A stretch of DNA of 12,696 nt from a bacterium. Lineage in GTDB: Bacteria; SZUA-182; DTGQ01; JAFGSM01. Every line of letters starts with the position of its first letter. Positions within the stretch are counted from its first letter, which is position 1. The notes below the pieces were generated by a model. The model was not told the origin of the DNA. It saw nothing but the letters and a program-made list of their open reading frames with translations, and ran no database searches. Shown here piece by piece: positions 1 through 9,276 of this stretch. The stretch is from the NCBI GenBank assembly GCA_049472355.1, contig JBLIRP010000104.1:1-12696 (forward strand), read 5' to 3'. Position numbers and translations under genes: made by a program.

Positions 1-2
1 TT

Positions 3-866
3 TTTTACGACGACATCATCTCCCTTATTACCTACAAAAATCCCTCCTGGAAAATCATGGCACTGGTCGAAGTCCTCATCATTGCCGGGACCTTTGTCTT
101 CATTTCCTCTCTCTTTGCACGAAATTCGATTGATCTGGCCGTGGCCCTCTCCTTTTTCCTTGTCCCCGCCATGGTGGCCCTGCTCATCGACCTTGCGTTC
201 GGGCCTACGTCCAAGGGACAGATCCGAACCGTCACCTCGACCGAGGATGTCGTATTTGCGAAGCGCTACCGGAAATCAAAAAAGGTTCTGCGCACGATAC
301 AGGCACTTATCGAGGAGCGCCAGGGGATGCTCGATACCTCATTCGTTGCCGGAGAGAGCCTTGAATACTCGGGTCCCCGGTTCTGCTCCCCACTCAGAAA
401 AAATCAACGAAAGGGGAAGGAACAACGGATCCCCACCACCAAATACAATACCCTGTACACCCTTCTTCTGGTGCTCCTCTTCTTCAAGGTGATAGTCAGC
501 GCCTACCAGATACAATTCCCGGGGAATATTGCCACCCTGCTCGGCACCTTCTCCGTTGTGGTCCTCACCGTCAATGTGGTGGTGCTCTTTAAACAGCAGG
601 GCCTCCTCATCAGACCTCCCCTTCAAATCCTTGCCTGGTCAACGTTCCTCATAGTACTCTCCTCCATGTTCGTAAGCCTTGTGCTGGGGATCGTCATCAT
701 TCTTGAAAAGGGCCTTATGGCGGAGACGCCGTTTATGATGCTCATTCAGACCGATCCCCGTTTCATGCTCATGAAGGTGATCTACCTGAGCCTCGAAATC
801 CTGACGGTGGTATTGGGGGCGGTGATGAGTCTGAAGGGACATCATTCGATGTATGCATGGTCATGA
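3..866 (+). CDS. Multi-pass membrane protein of the MoxR/DUF58 cluster (5'-partial)
   Basis: The frame is open from the window edge (FYDDIISLITYKNPSWKI-MALVEV...), so the true start lies upstream. Two N-terminal TM helices, a soluble GPT..IRT..RYRKSKKVL..IEERQG segment and about 4 C-terminal TM helices. Its stop overlaps the next ATG (ATGA 863-866). Confidence 0.85.
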   Translation, partial: FYDDIISLITYKNPSWKIMALVEVLIIAGTFVFISSLFARNSIDLAVALSFFLVPAMVALLIDLAFGPTSKGQIRTVTSTEDVVFAKRYRKSKKVLRTIQALIEERQGMLDTSFVAGESLEYSGPRFCSPLRKNQRKGKEQRIPTTKYNTLYTLLLVLLFFKVIVSAYQIQFPGNIATLLGTFSVVVLTVNVVVLFKQQGLLIRPPLQILAWSTFLIVLSSMFVSLVLGIVIILEKGLMAETPFMMLIQTDPRFMLMKVIYLSLEILTVVLGAVMSLKGHHSMYAWS

Positions 867-1183
867 CCTCTCCGCGTTCCGTACAAGATACCCGTTGCCT
901 CATACATCCCGAACGGGAGGCGGTCGCCCTTTGCCTTTCCTGTGGTCATTATTTCTGCAGGGAATGCATCACCGAACATAGGGGAAAGGTCCTGTGCACC
1001 GTATGCCTTGCCAAGGAAGCAGGCTCCGGTACACGGAGGCGAAGGTTGCCCCGCCTCATCCGGGCCGGGCTTGCCATCCTGGTGGGCCTTATTCTGTGCT
1101 ACATGCTGTTCTATTCCCTGGGCTCCGCACTCTCCACGATCTCGGACACATTTCATCAAGGTATTCGCATTGAAAAAGATTAG
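863..1183 (+). CDS. B-box-like zinc-finger protein with C-terminal TM helix
   Basis: CxxH-x8-CxxC-x4-CxxC-x9-CxxC (CLIH..CLSC..CREC..CTVC), then a basic patch (RRRRLPR) and a hydrophobic helix. Start chosen from the ATGA overlap; ATG 857 is an alternative. Confidence 0.85.
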   Translation: MTSPRSVQDTRCLIHPEREAVALCLSCGHYFCRECITEHRGKVLCTVCLAKEAGSGTRRRRLPRLIRAGLAILVGLILCYMLFYSLGSALSTISDTFHQGIRIEKD

Positions 1184-3023
1184 CCATTCCTGGAGGAACG
1201 AGGTAAGGATCACCGAACTCATCGAGCAGTCCCTGTACCTTGTCCGCACCAGCCTGACTGCCTGCGGCTGGGTATACTACCTGTTCACCATTCCCTTCAT
1301 CATCGGATTCCTGCATTTCTGGAGCATCATGAGCGGCAAGGTGATCGGACCCTTTGAGGTGTCCCGATGGGCCCTGTTGCTGACGCTGCTGTTCTGGATA
1401 AAGGTGACCGGGCAAGGCATTTACTGCAAGGTCTTGCTCTCCCGCCTGACGGACGAACCCCCCGGTGCATCCCTGTCCCAGTGGGCGAACAGCGCGGTGA
1501 ATGCCATCTTTGCCCATGCCGTTGCCATGATTATTCTCCTTGTCTGTCTGCCCTTCATCCTTCCCCTGGGATATGCCGTGATGTATTCGCAATACCTCTA
1601 CCTGACCTCGGGAGAGCAGGGGGCCGGCGTGCATCAGACCATGAAAAGGGCCTATCGGTCCGCACTCCAGGAGGGCCTCTATCAACACCTCGTGCTCTTC
1701 TTCCTTGCCGGGCTCTACGTGGTGGTCATCGGCAACGTACTCGCTGCCTTCTTCATTTTCCCACACCTTCTCAAGGTCCTTTTAGGCATTGAAACCGTCT
1801 TCACCAGGGCCACGTTTTCCATGCTGAACACCACCTTTCTCATGATCGTTGCATGCACGAGCTACCTCATTGTCGATCCCCTGCTCAAGGGGGTGTACGT
1901 AACACTCTTCTTTCATATGAAATCCCGATCGAGCGGAGATGACATCCTGGCGGAGAAAAGACGGCTTTCAGAAAAACGGGGTATAAAAAGGGGAGTCGTA
2001 GCCGCGCTCCTCATCCTGGGCCTCGCATGTCCCTTCTCCCCTCCCCTGCATGCCGCCGAAGCTCCGGGAAAAACGGAGGCGGCGCAGGCACAGGAATCGG
2101 AGGCCGAAACCCTGCGCGAGCGCCTCAGGGAGTTGAAACGGGCGGAGGGAGGGTCGAGCGTCGACTATACCTGGCTCGATGACCTGATCGAGAAGGAAGG
2201 CATCGGGGAGGATGACGTTGCATACGCGCGGGAACGGCTGGATTTCATCAGAGAATACCACGAAAAAGGAATGCAGCGGGACGATGCGCGGATCGATCGG
2301 CTCTCCCGGACGATAGCCGAGGTATCCCGGCAGGATCGGTATCGATGGCGGAAAAGGATCACCCCGGACAAGGAAGAGGGCTTCATAGTCCGGATGATCT
2401 GGGATCTGCTCAGGACACTCGGCAGGTGGTTAAGACCCGTCGGCAGGTTTATCATAAGGGTGGTGACGTGGATCATGGAATTCCTGGCAAAACTCCTCTT
2501 TTCAGGAAAAAGGGAGTTCAACGATCCGGCTGACACCTACTGGTCCGATCTGTGGCCGGCGCTGGTGATCATCATCACGGTGGTGCTCTTCCTGATCGGC
2601 ATCATCTACCTCTTCTGGCAGCACCACAAGGACAGGGTGACGGTGATTCAGGGCAAAAAAAGGGGGGTGCCGGACCTCACCAAGGAGGAGGTCGACGCCA
2701 CCGAACTGGAGGAGAACGAGTGGATACGACTGGGCAACGAATTAAGGGCAAAGGGTGAACTCTCCCTTGCCCTGCGCAGTGCCTTTCTGGCCGTACTCTC
2801 CTTTTTCCACCGGAACGGATACCTCGTATTTGAAAGATATAAGACGAATTACAACTACCTGAGCGAACTGGGCGGGAATACCCGCAACAACGCGGCGATG
2901 ACAGAGGGATTTCGCGCCTGCATAGAGATCTTCGAACGCGCCTGGTACGGCAAATACCCGGTCACCCCGGATATCCTCGAACGATTCGAGGGTTATCGGA
3001 GGGGGATCATGGAGGGGACATGA
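1170..3023 (+). CDS. Polytopic membrane protein with C-terminal DUF4129-like domain
   Basis: About 7 N-terminal TM helices, a charged helical middle region, a TM helix, then ALRSAFLAVL..TNYNYLSEL..FERAWYG, typical of DUF4129. Start inferred at TTG 1170 (AAGG upstream); the ORF-track start at 942 would overlap the Zn-finger gene by about 240 nt. Confidence 0.8.
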   Translation: MKKISHSWRNEVRITELIEQSLYLVRTSLTACGWVYYLFTIPFIIGFLHFWSIMSGKVIGPFEVSRWALLLTLLFWIKVTGQGIYCKVLLSRLTDEPPGASLSQWANSAVNAIFAHAVAMIILLVCLPFILPLGYAVMYSQYLYLTSGEQGAGVHQTMKRAYRSALQEGLYQHLVLFFLAGLYVVVIGNVLAAFFIFPHLLKVLLGIETVFTRATFSMLNTTFLMIVACTSYLIVDPLLKGVYVTLFFHMKSRSSGDDILAEKRRLSEKRGIKRGVVAALLILGLACPFSPPLHAAEAPGKTEAAQAQESEAETLRERLRELKRAEGGSSVDYTWLDDLIEKEGIGEDDVAYARERLDFIREYHEKGMQRDDARIDRLSRTIAEVSRQDRYRWRKRITPDKEEGFIVRMIWDLLRTLGRWLRPVGRFIIRVVTWIMEFLAKLLFSGKREFNDPADTYWSDLWPALVIIITVVLFLIGIIYLFWQHHKDRVTVIQGKKRGVPDLTKEEVDATELEENEWIRLGNELRAKGELSLALRSAFLAVLSFFHRNGYLVFERYKTNYNYLSELGGNTRNNAAMTEGFRACIEIFERAWYGKYPVTPDILERFEGYRRGIMEGT

Positions 3024-4162
3024 GGCGCACGATCTCCATCATCATCCTGATTCTGCTCGTACTCTTTTTCCTGGTGAGCGCATCCTCCATTATGCACCGG
3101 CGTATGGAAAAGGGCGACGTGTATCCGCGCTATTCCTCCCTTCGCCATGACCCCATGGGTACGAGCATCCTGTTCGATTCACTCAGGAAGAGCGGCTGCA
3201 CGATTGAAGTCCTCACGGAGGACGAATTCCCCGAGGTACTGGACCCGCGAGACACCATCCTCTTCATCCTCTTCCCGACATTCGACCTTTTCTCGAACCG
3301 GGACGTGGACCGGATCGTGGGTTTCATCCTGAGCGGCGGACGCGTCCTTATAACCACGGATGACGACAACTCCCTCATGGATTTCTTTCACACCGGCATC
3401 GGTATACACGACACCCGAAAGGAGAAGGGGGAGGACGAAGGGACAGAGGAAGAGGAAGAAAACGAAACACCACGCATTCGTGAGGCGATCCCGGGCACGG
3501 GATTCGATTTTTCCCCGGATTCGATCCCGCTCATCCGTGAGCAATATCTCACCTCCGGATGGCCGCGCGCAGTAACGGTGCTGGGGAGCGGCGAACATGA
3601 CGTGGTGCTCCTGCTGAGCCACGGCAAGGGGGATATCATCATCTCATCGGAGCCATACCTCATCTCCAACGAATCCCTGGCGAAGGATCCCCCGGCTGTA
3701 TTTCTCTCCTGGGTCATGGGGGGAAGGACGCACGTGCTGGTGGACGAGTATCGCCACGGCGTGCTCTCCAACAGGGGGGTGAGCTTCCTTCTCAGGAAAT
3801 ATCACCTCTACTGGCTCATCGGCTACCTCGCCATCCTCTTTTTGCTCGGCCTGTGGTACCTTCTTCCCCACTTCCGTCGACCGCTTCCCAGGGAATCCGT
3901 TCCTGATAACGGGACCCGCTCATCGCTTGACGGATACACGCAGCTTCTGACCAAGACCATTCCCAGGAAACAACTGCTCGACATCGCCATGGAACAGTGG
4001 CTCAAGGGGAGCACGAACCGTTTTTTCAGGGAGAAGAACCGGGAGGCAGCGGAAGGACTCAGGGGGTACCTGCCGCAGGGGGACGTGCAGAAGGACGAAG
4101 AGGTGATCGCCGCATATAACGAGATTGCTCAAAGGCTCAAGGAACGAAGAAGGTTCAGGTGA
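3020..4162 (+). CDS. DUF4350-domain membrane-anchored protein
   Basis: N-terminal anchor, YSSLRHDPMGT motif, GGRVLI and GKGDIIISSEPYLISN, VDEYRHG before a second TM helix. GGAGGGG RBS and ATGA overlap. Confidence 0.85.
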   Translation: MRRTISIIILILLVLFFLVSASSIMHRRMEKGDVYPRYSSLRHDPMGTSILFDSLRKSGCTIEVLTEDEFPEVLDPRDTILFILFPTFDLFSNRDVDRIVGFILSGGRVLITTDDDNSLMDFFHTGIGIHDTRKEKGEDEGTEEEEENETPRIREAIPGTGFDFSPDSIPLIREQYLTSGWPRAVTVLGSGEHDVVLLLSHGKGDIIISSEPYLISNESLAKDPPAVFLSWVMGGRTHVLVDEYRHGVLSNRGVSFLLRKYHLYWLIGYLAILFLLGLWYLLPHFRRPLPRESVPDNGTRSSLDGYTQLLTKTIPRKQLLDIAMEQWLKGSTNRFFREKNREAAEGLRGYLPQGDVQKDEEVIAAYNEIAQRLKERRRFR

Positions 4163-4193
4163 ACAGGCCTTCATGAGCAAGAAGGGAGATCCC

Positions 4194-5159
4194 ATGGACG
4201 AAAAAACAGCAGTCATCACGGAAAGCCTCCGGAAGGCCAAGGAACAGCTTGCCAGGATCATCATAGGACAGGAGCGGGTCATCGAGCTTGCCCTGGTCAC
4301 CGTGTTTTCAGGGGGGCATGCCCTCCTGGAGGGGGTTCCCGGAATCGCCAAGACCCTCATGGTCAAGGCAATTGCCAGGATTACCTCCACGAGCTTCAAC
4401 CGGATACAGTTCACCCCCGATCTTATGCCCTCGGATATCACCGGCAGCAACGTCTTCAACATGAAGACCTCCGAGTTCACCCTGGTCAAGGGTCCCTTGT
4501 TCAGTTGTTTTCTCCTTGCCGACGAGGTGAACCGCGCACCTGCCAAGACCCAGGCAGCCCTGCTTCAGGCGATGCAGGAAAAACAGGTGAGCATCGACGG
4601 CACCACCTACCAGCTCCCGCCCAACTTCACGGTATTCGCCACCCAGAATCCCATCGAGTTCGAGGGTACCTATCCCCTTCCCGAGGCCATGAAGGACCGG
4701 TTCCTCATCAAGATCTCCATTGATTATCCCTCGGAGCAGGACGAGATCACCCTCATCACCAGGATATCCAGCAACGATGCGCCCGAGGACGCCCTCGACA
4801 GGGTCCTGACCGAACAGGTGCTGACCGAGGAGATACTCTCTCAGGTGAAGGCATCCCTCAATCTGATCACCATAGAGGAGGAATTGATCCAGTACATCGT
4901 GAGGCTGATACGAAAGACCAGGGAGTATCCGCCGGTGTTGATCGGGGGAAGCCCCCGGGCGAGCCAGGCCCTTCTGCACACCTCCCGGGTGCTCGCCGTG
5001 CTGCGTGAACGCGACTTCGTCACCCCCGACGATATCAAGGACATGATGAAACCGGTACTGTCCCACCGCCTCATCCTGCGGCCCGAATATGAAATCGAGG
5101 GGCTCAGGATCGAGGAGGTGATCGAGGACATCGTGAAGCAGTGTGAGATACCGCGATGA
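4194..5159 (+). CDS. moxR: MoxR-family AAA+ ATPase
   Basis: Walker A GVPGIAKT, RIQFTPDLMPSDITG, Walker B LLADEVNR, ATQNPIEFEGTYPLPEA..DRF, GGSPRAS. AAGGGAG RBS before ATG 4194; ATG 4173 is an alternative. Confidence 0.96.
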   Translation: MDEKTAVITESLRKAKEQLARIIIGQERVIELALVTVFSGGHALLEGVPGIAKTLMVKAIARITSTSFNRIQFTPDLMPSDITGSNVFNMKTSEFTLVKGPLFSCFLLADEVNRAPAKTQAALLQAMQEKQVSIDGTTYQLPPNFTVFATQNPIEFEGTYPLPEAMKDRFLIKISIDYPSEQDEITLITRISSNDAPEDALDRVLTEQVLTEEILSQVKASLNLITIEEELIQYIVRLIRKTREYPPVLIGGSPRASQALLHTSRVLAVLRERDFVTPDDIKDMMKPVLSHRLILRPEYEIEGLRIEEVIEDIVKQCEIPR

Positions 5160-6475
5160 GGGTCGTGGCCTCAAAAAGGATGATCCTGTGGGCGGCCTTT
5201 CCCGCCCCGCTCACCCTGCTTGCAGGGATCCATCCGTGGATCATCCCTCTGGCCGCGAACTGGCTGCTCCTCATATGCTGCATTGCAGGCATCGATTGGA
5301 TGATGAGCCGAAGGTTTCCGGATATGGTGCAGGTGAGCATCCCCGCCGATATATCCCTGGTGCAGAACAAGGCCAAATGGATCACCATGGTGATCACCAA
5401 CGCATCCAGGCACCACCTGTGGGTCCGTATCGGGATTGATGCCACACCCGGCCTGTCCATCGCCCCCGATGAGATCCGTGAACGGGTCGGGGCCGACTCG
5501 GATCTGGACATCCCCGTGAGCATCGAATCACCGCAACGAGGTACAGGGGAGATCGAGGGCATCCGCATGGAGGTCCGCTCCACCCTGGGATTCTTTCTTC
5601 TCAGGAGGAGCCTGCCCCTCCATCAACGGATACGCGCGTATCCCAATATCTTCCTGGACAACCAGCGTCTTGCAGCGAGCCTCTTCCTCAGGCGTGAATC
5701 AGGGATGCGTTCGCAGCGCATCATCGGCCACGGAAGGGAATTCGAACAACTGAGGGAGTATCTCCCCGATGACAATTTTGCCGACATTGCCTGGAAGGCC
5801 ACGGCGAAAAAGGGGCATCCCATCACCAAGGTGTTCCAGATGGAGCGCACCCAGCAGATCTACATCGCCCTGGATCATTCCCGCTCCTCGCACCTCTCCT
5901 TCGGGGACCGGACGAATCTGGATGTGGCCATCGAGGGCGTCCTCCTCATGCAGCTATGCTGCGAACGCATGGGTGACATGCTCGGCCTGATCACCTTTGC
6001 GGACAAGATATCCCGGTACTGCCCTGCAGGGAAAGGGAGGGCCCATTTCGGCACCCTCAGGAACCAGCTCCACGATCTTGGGCCGAAGCTGGTCACCCCC
6101 GACTTCGAGGACCTGTTCATCTTTATCAAGCAGCGTATACGCAAGCGCGCACTGGTGCTGCTGTTCACCAATCTGGAAGACCCCGGCCTTGCCGCCACCT
6201 TCTTCAATGATGTGGGAATCATCAAGAGGTCCCACCTGGTCACGGTGTGCACCTTTGACGGCTATGAACAGGATCTCCTCTTCTCCGGTGAACCGGTGAA
6301 CGGGGTGCCGGCAATCTACCGGAAACTCGCTGCCCAGCTTTCAAACAACGAGCAGGACAAATTCTCCTCCAGGCTGAAGAAACAAAATGTGGACATGCTG
6401 CGCTTCAGGCAGAATAGATTCGCCGCCGGGGTGATCGAGCACTACATGACCATCAAACGGAGACAGGTGCTATGA
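5156..6475 (+). CDS. DUF58 / VWA-domain protein (MoxR partner)
   Basis: Two N-terminal TM helices, DUF58 signature EFEQLREYLPDD..DIAWKATA, MIDAS-like DHSRS. ATGA-coupled to moxR. Confidence 0.92.
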   Translation: MRVVASKRMILWAAFPAPLTLLAGIHPWIIPLAANWLLLICCIAGIDWMMSRRFPDMVQVSIPADISLVQNKAKWITMVITNASRHHLWVRIGIDATPGLSIAPDEIRERVGADSDLDIPVSIESPQRGTGEIEGIRMEVRSTLGFFLLRRSLPLHQRIRAYPNIFLDNQRLAASLFLRRESGMRSQRIIGHGREFEQLREYLPDDNFADIAWKATAKKGHPITKVFQMERTQQIYIALDHSRSSHLSFGDRTNLDVAIEGVLLMQLCCERMGDMLGLITFADKISRYCPAGKGRAHFGTLRNQLHDLGPKLVTPDFEDLFIFIKQRIRKRALVLLFTNLEDPGLAATFFNDVGIIKRSHLVTVCTFDGYEQDLLFSGEPVNGVPAIYRKLAAQLSNNEQDKFSSRLKKQNVDMLRFRQNRFAAGVIEHYMTIKRRQVL

Positions 6476-7479
6476 TCTTCGATGTCGAACGCTTCGTCGC
6501 CCAGAACAAGGAGAACTGGGAAGCGCTGGAGGCGATGCTCGATCGGGTCCATCAAAGGGGCTTCCAGTCCTTCGATTTCGATGAGACAAACCGGTTCCAC
6601 TACCTCTACCACCAGACATCCTCGGACCTCAACCGCATCCAGACATTCTCCTCCGCCTCCGAACTCACCGACTACCTGGAGGGACTGGTTTCCCGGGCAT
6701 ATGCGGAGATCTACAGCGTGCAGAGAAGGCCGTGGCGCTTGCGGGTGAAGGAATTCTACATGGTCACCTTCCCCACCGTGTTCAGAAGGCACATCAACCT
6801 CTTCTATTTCGCCCTTGCCGTGATGCTGCTGGGGGGGATGCTGGGAGGGTCGGCGGTCATGCTGGACCCCCAGGCAAAGGACATCCTGATCTCCTTTCCC
6901 CATCTCAGGGAATCCCCCTTCGAACGCGTGCTCCGGGAGGAGGAGGGAAGGAACAAGGCCCTGGACGATCTAAAACTCTACTTCTCTTCATACCTTATTA
7001 CCCATAACATCAGGATCTCCCTTCTCGCCCTGGCCTTGGGCATCACCTTCGGCATCGGCACCCTGGTGCTCCTCTTTTACAACGGGATCATACTGGGGGC
7101 GCTGGTGGTCGACTATTTCAGATACGGGGTGGGCGCCTTTGCCGCAGGCTGGCTCCTGCCGCACGGCGCCTTCGAGATATGGGCCATACTCATCGCCGGC
7201 CAGGCAGGGTTTCTCATTGCCCAATCGATGCTCAAGGGAGAGAGGTACTCGCTCATGGCCCGGTTGTCCATGGCGGGCAAGGACATCCTCTACCTGTTCC
7301 TTGGCCTGAGCTCGCTCCTGGTATGGGCGGGGATTGTGGAGGCATTCTTTTCACAGTACCACCAGCCCATTGTTCCCTACTCCTTCAAGATCCTCTTCGG
7401 AGTCATCGAAATCCTTTTCCTGATGTACTATTTCGGCGTCATGGGAAGGCGTGAAAGGGGGAAGGAACGGCATGGCTGA
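6472..7479 (+). CDS. Stage II sporulation protein M-like (SpoIIM family) membrane protein
   Basis: HNIRISLLALALG..LLFYNGIILG..LLPHGAFEIWAI..AGIVEAFFS motifs, with the N-terminal FV..N..W..LE..Y....SDL extension. ATGA overlap. Confidence 0.92.
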   Translation: MIFDVERFVAQNKENWEALEAMLDRVHQRGFQSFDFDETNRFHYLYHQTSSDLNRIQTFSSASELTDYLEGLVSRAYAEIYSVQRRPWRLRVKEFYMVTFPTVFRRHINLFYFALAVMLLGGMLGGSAVMLDPQAKDILISFPHLRESPFERVLREEEGRNKALDDLKLYFSSYLITHNIRISLLALALGITFGIGTLVLLFYNGIILGALVVDYFRYGVGAFAAGWLLPHGAFEIWAILIAGQAGFLIAQSMLKGERYSLMARLSMAGKDILYLFLGLSSLLVWAGIVEAFFSQYHQPIVPYSFKILFGVIEILFLMYYFGVMGRRERGKERHG

Positions 7480-8230
7480 CAGGGAGAACCGGCTCGTCAT
7501 CGTTACCCCTGAGGGGATAAGCATCTCCCTTGCGCTGGCCGGACCGGGTTCCCGGTTTATCGCCCTTGTCATCGATACCCTGTTCATCTCCGTCATAGCG
7601 GGCGCCCTCGCCAGGGTGAGCGGCGTGCTCACCCTGTTCAATCCCGAATTCAAGGCGGCCTTCGTCATGATTGCCGAGCTGGTGACCGGTTGGACCTATT
7701 TTATCGCGTTCGAATGGAGGTTCCGCGGGCAGACTCCGGGCAAGCGGCTCTTCAAGCTGCGCGTGGTGGACAAGGACGGATTTCAGCTCAAGCCCGCCCA
7801 GATTGTCCTGCGCAACCTCTTCCGCATCATCGATGCCCTCCCCTTCTTCTATCTCCTGGGAGGGGCCGTATGCATGTTCTCCCGAAAATATCAGCGCATC
7901 GGCGACATGCTCGCCGCAACGGTGGTCATCTACGACCGCCATTTCATCCCTCCCCGCATCGAGCAGATCGTCCCGGATAAATTCAACTCCTTCTATCTCC
8001 ATCCCCACTTGATCTCCCGTGCCCGGCAGCAGATCACCCCTGCCGAATCCGCCATGCTCCTCAAGGCCCTGCTGCGGAGGGACCGGCTCCTGCCCGACCG
8101 AAGGGTGCGACTGTACAATGAACTCGCCGATTATTTCAAATCGATTGTCATGTTTCCGGTGGAAAATATCAGCAATGAGCAGTATCTACGCAACCTTCTC
8201 GGGATCCTCCATGCCAGGAAACGGTTCTGA
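7472..8230 (+). CDS. RDD family membrane protein
   Basis: TPEGI..LAGPGSRFIALVID, GQTPGKRLFKLRVV, QRIGDMLAATVV. GAAGGA RBS; 8-nt overlap with the upstream gene. Confidence 0.93.
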   Translation: MADRENRLVIVTPEGISISLALAGPGSRFIALVIDTLFISVIAGALARVSGVLTLFNPEFKAAFVMIAELVTGWTYFIAFEWRFRGQTPGKRLFKLRVVDKDGFQLKPAQIVLRNLFRIIDALPFFYLLGGAVCMFSRKYQRIGDMLAATVVIYDRHFIPPRIEQIVPDKFNSFYLHPHLISRARQQITPAESAMLLKALLRRDRLLPDRRVRLYNELADYFKSIVMFPVENISNEQYLRNLLGILHARKRF

Positions 8231-9094
8231 CGGATTGTCCCCGTTCGCCCCCTCAAGCAGTCCACACACCATGCGCAATGCCGTATCCGCATCGTCCGCC
8301 TGAAGGTTTCTGACCCGGCGGCCCAGGACGCCCCACACCTTTGGGTCGGTGGTTTTGTAAAGAGCGATGGTGGGGGTTCCCAGGGCACCTGCAAGGTGGC
8401 TCACCCCCGAATCATTCCCACAATAGAAAGATGCAGCGCCAAGAAGGGATGCCAGGGCGTTTGCGCTTCCAGGCCGTTCGATCCGCTCGCCTTCGAATTC
8501 CCTTACAAGATTCTCACCCTCAGCCGGTCCCACAATGAATCGCACATCACTATACCCTTGCCGGCGCACCAGGCGGGCCACCTCTTTGTAGAATACGGGG
8601 GGATAGTTTTTCCGGGGACTGCCGCTTCCCGGATGAATGAGTGCATATCCCCTCTTTTCCGTTCCCAGGGGAAAACAGGGACAGGGCATATCGATCGACA
8701 CCGCAGGAAAACACGCCTGAACCGCTCGATAGTGGTGGAGGCTGACGTGCATCGGTTCAACGGGAAAGGGAGGGATGAGGATAACAGGCAGGCAGGCAGG
8801 CCTTTGCAGGCACTCGACCGTCCGTTTTCCTTCCGAAAGCCAGAGCACCCCGCCAAGGGGCGTACCAAGTTCTTCGGGTATGCAGGTGCCCGCAAAGAAC
8901 CCGGCCATGCGGGATGATTCGGCATCCACAAAGGAATCGACCAGGCCGAGGGTGACTGCCAGGCCCATCAAGTCGGGACGGCCGATACCCATACAATGAA
9001 TCCCGGTAAGCGCTTCCCTGAGCGCATGAACAGCCGGCCAGGTGAGGATGAAATCCCCCAGGGCACCCCGGTGGCAGATCAAAAACCGTTCCAT
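8186..9094 (-). CDS. Glycosyltransferase family 9 (ADP-heptose:LPS heptosyltransferase-like)
   Basis: HRGALGDFILTWPAVHALR, IHPGSGSPRKNYP, GNDSGVSHLAGALGTPTIALY..TDPKVWG. Start taken at MERFLI. Confidence 0.92.
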   Translation of the reverse strand: MERFLICHRGALGDFILTWPAVHALREALTGIHCMGIGRPDLMGLAVTLGLVDSFVDAESSRMAGFFAGTCIPEELGTPLGGVLWLSEGKRTVECLQRPACLPVILIPPFPVEPMHVSLHHYRAVQACFPAVSIDMPCPCFPLGTEKRGYALIHPGSGSPRKNYPPVFYKEVARLVRRQGYSDVRFIVGPAEGENLVREFEGERIERPGSANALASLLGAASFYCGNDSGVSHLAGALGTPTIALYKTTDPKVWGVLGRRVRNLQADDADTALRMVCGLLEGANGDNPSEPFPGMEDPEKVA

Positions 9095-9155
9095 AATGGC
9101 ATTCCCCCAGGGCATCGGTTGGACCGCACGTGCACCGTTGGCATCTTTTGTTCTC

Positions 9156-9187
9156 AAAAAGTGCTAATCCGGTTTGGCACTTTTTTT
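9156..9187. promoter_or_regulatory. Inverted repeat: candidate activator (bEBP) binding site or terminator-like hairpin
   Basis: AAAAAGTGCTAA-TCCGGT-TTGGCACTTTTT (12-bp arms, one mismatch or G-U pair), about 90-120 bp upstream of the predicted sigma54 start. Confidence 0.45.
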
Positions 9188-9250
9188 ACCGCATCCCTGT
9201 AAAGGGACGCAACTAATTATTTTATAAATTCTTTCCATCCTCACAACGCA

Positions 9251-9266
9251 TGGCATATCATTTGCT
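9251..9266 (+). promoter_or_regulatory. Sigma54 (RpoN) -24/-12 promoter
   Basis: TGGCAT-ATCAT-TTGCT matches TGGCAC-N5-TTGCW with exact GG-N10-GC spacing, preceded by an AT-rich tract (9211-9234). Confidence 0.65.
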
Positions 9267-9276
9267 CTTTAGATAT

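Noticed and set aside
1..19. TTTTTACGACGACATCA resembles the terminal repeat of the 11945-12079 element (13/17 match)
   Set aside because: It lies in the open frame of the first gene (FYDDII) and reads as plausible coding sequence, so the match is probably coincidental.
942..1169. N-terminal extension of the 693-aa ORF
   Set aside because: It overlaps the well-supported Zn-finger gene in another frame and does not look protein-like.
3418..3470. Purine-rich tract encoding KEKGEDEGTEEEEENET
   Set aside because: Ordinary low-complexity acidic loop; no DNA repeat structure.
4308..5174. 288-aa minus-strand ORF, and the many other antisense or alternate-frame ORFs in 1-9100
   Set aside because: Shadow ORFs of high-GC coding genes, with no recognisable motifs.
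9174..9190. Second sigma54-like site TGGCACTTTTTTTAC
   Set aside because: It has AC instead of the conserved GC at -12 and is better explained as a palindrome arm.
9191..9213. GCATCCCT-GTAA-AGGGACGCAA hairpin resembling the first stem-loop of a c-di-GMP-I riboswitch
   Set aside because: It lacks the upstream GGCAAA-type segment and the second stem with the tetraloop receptor; AT-rich sequence follows instead.
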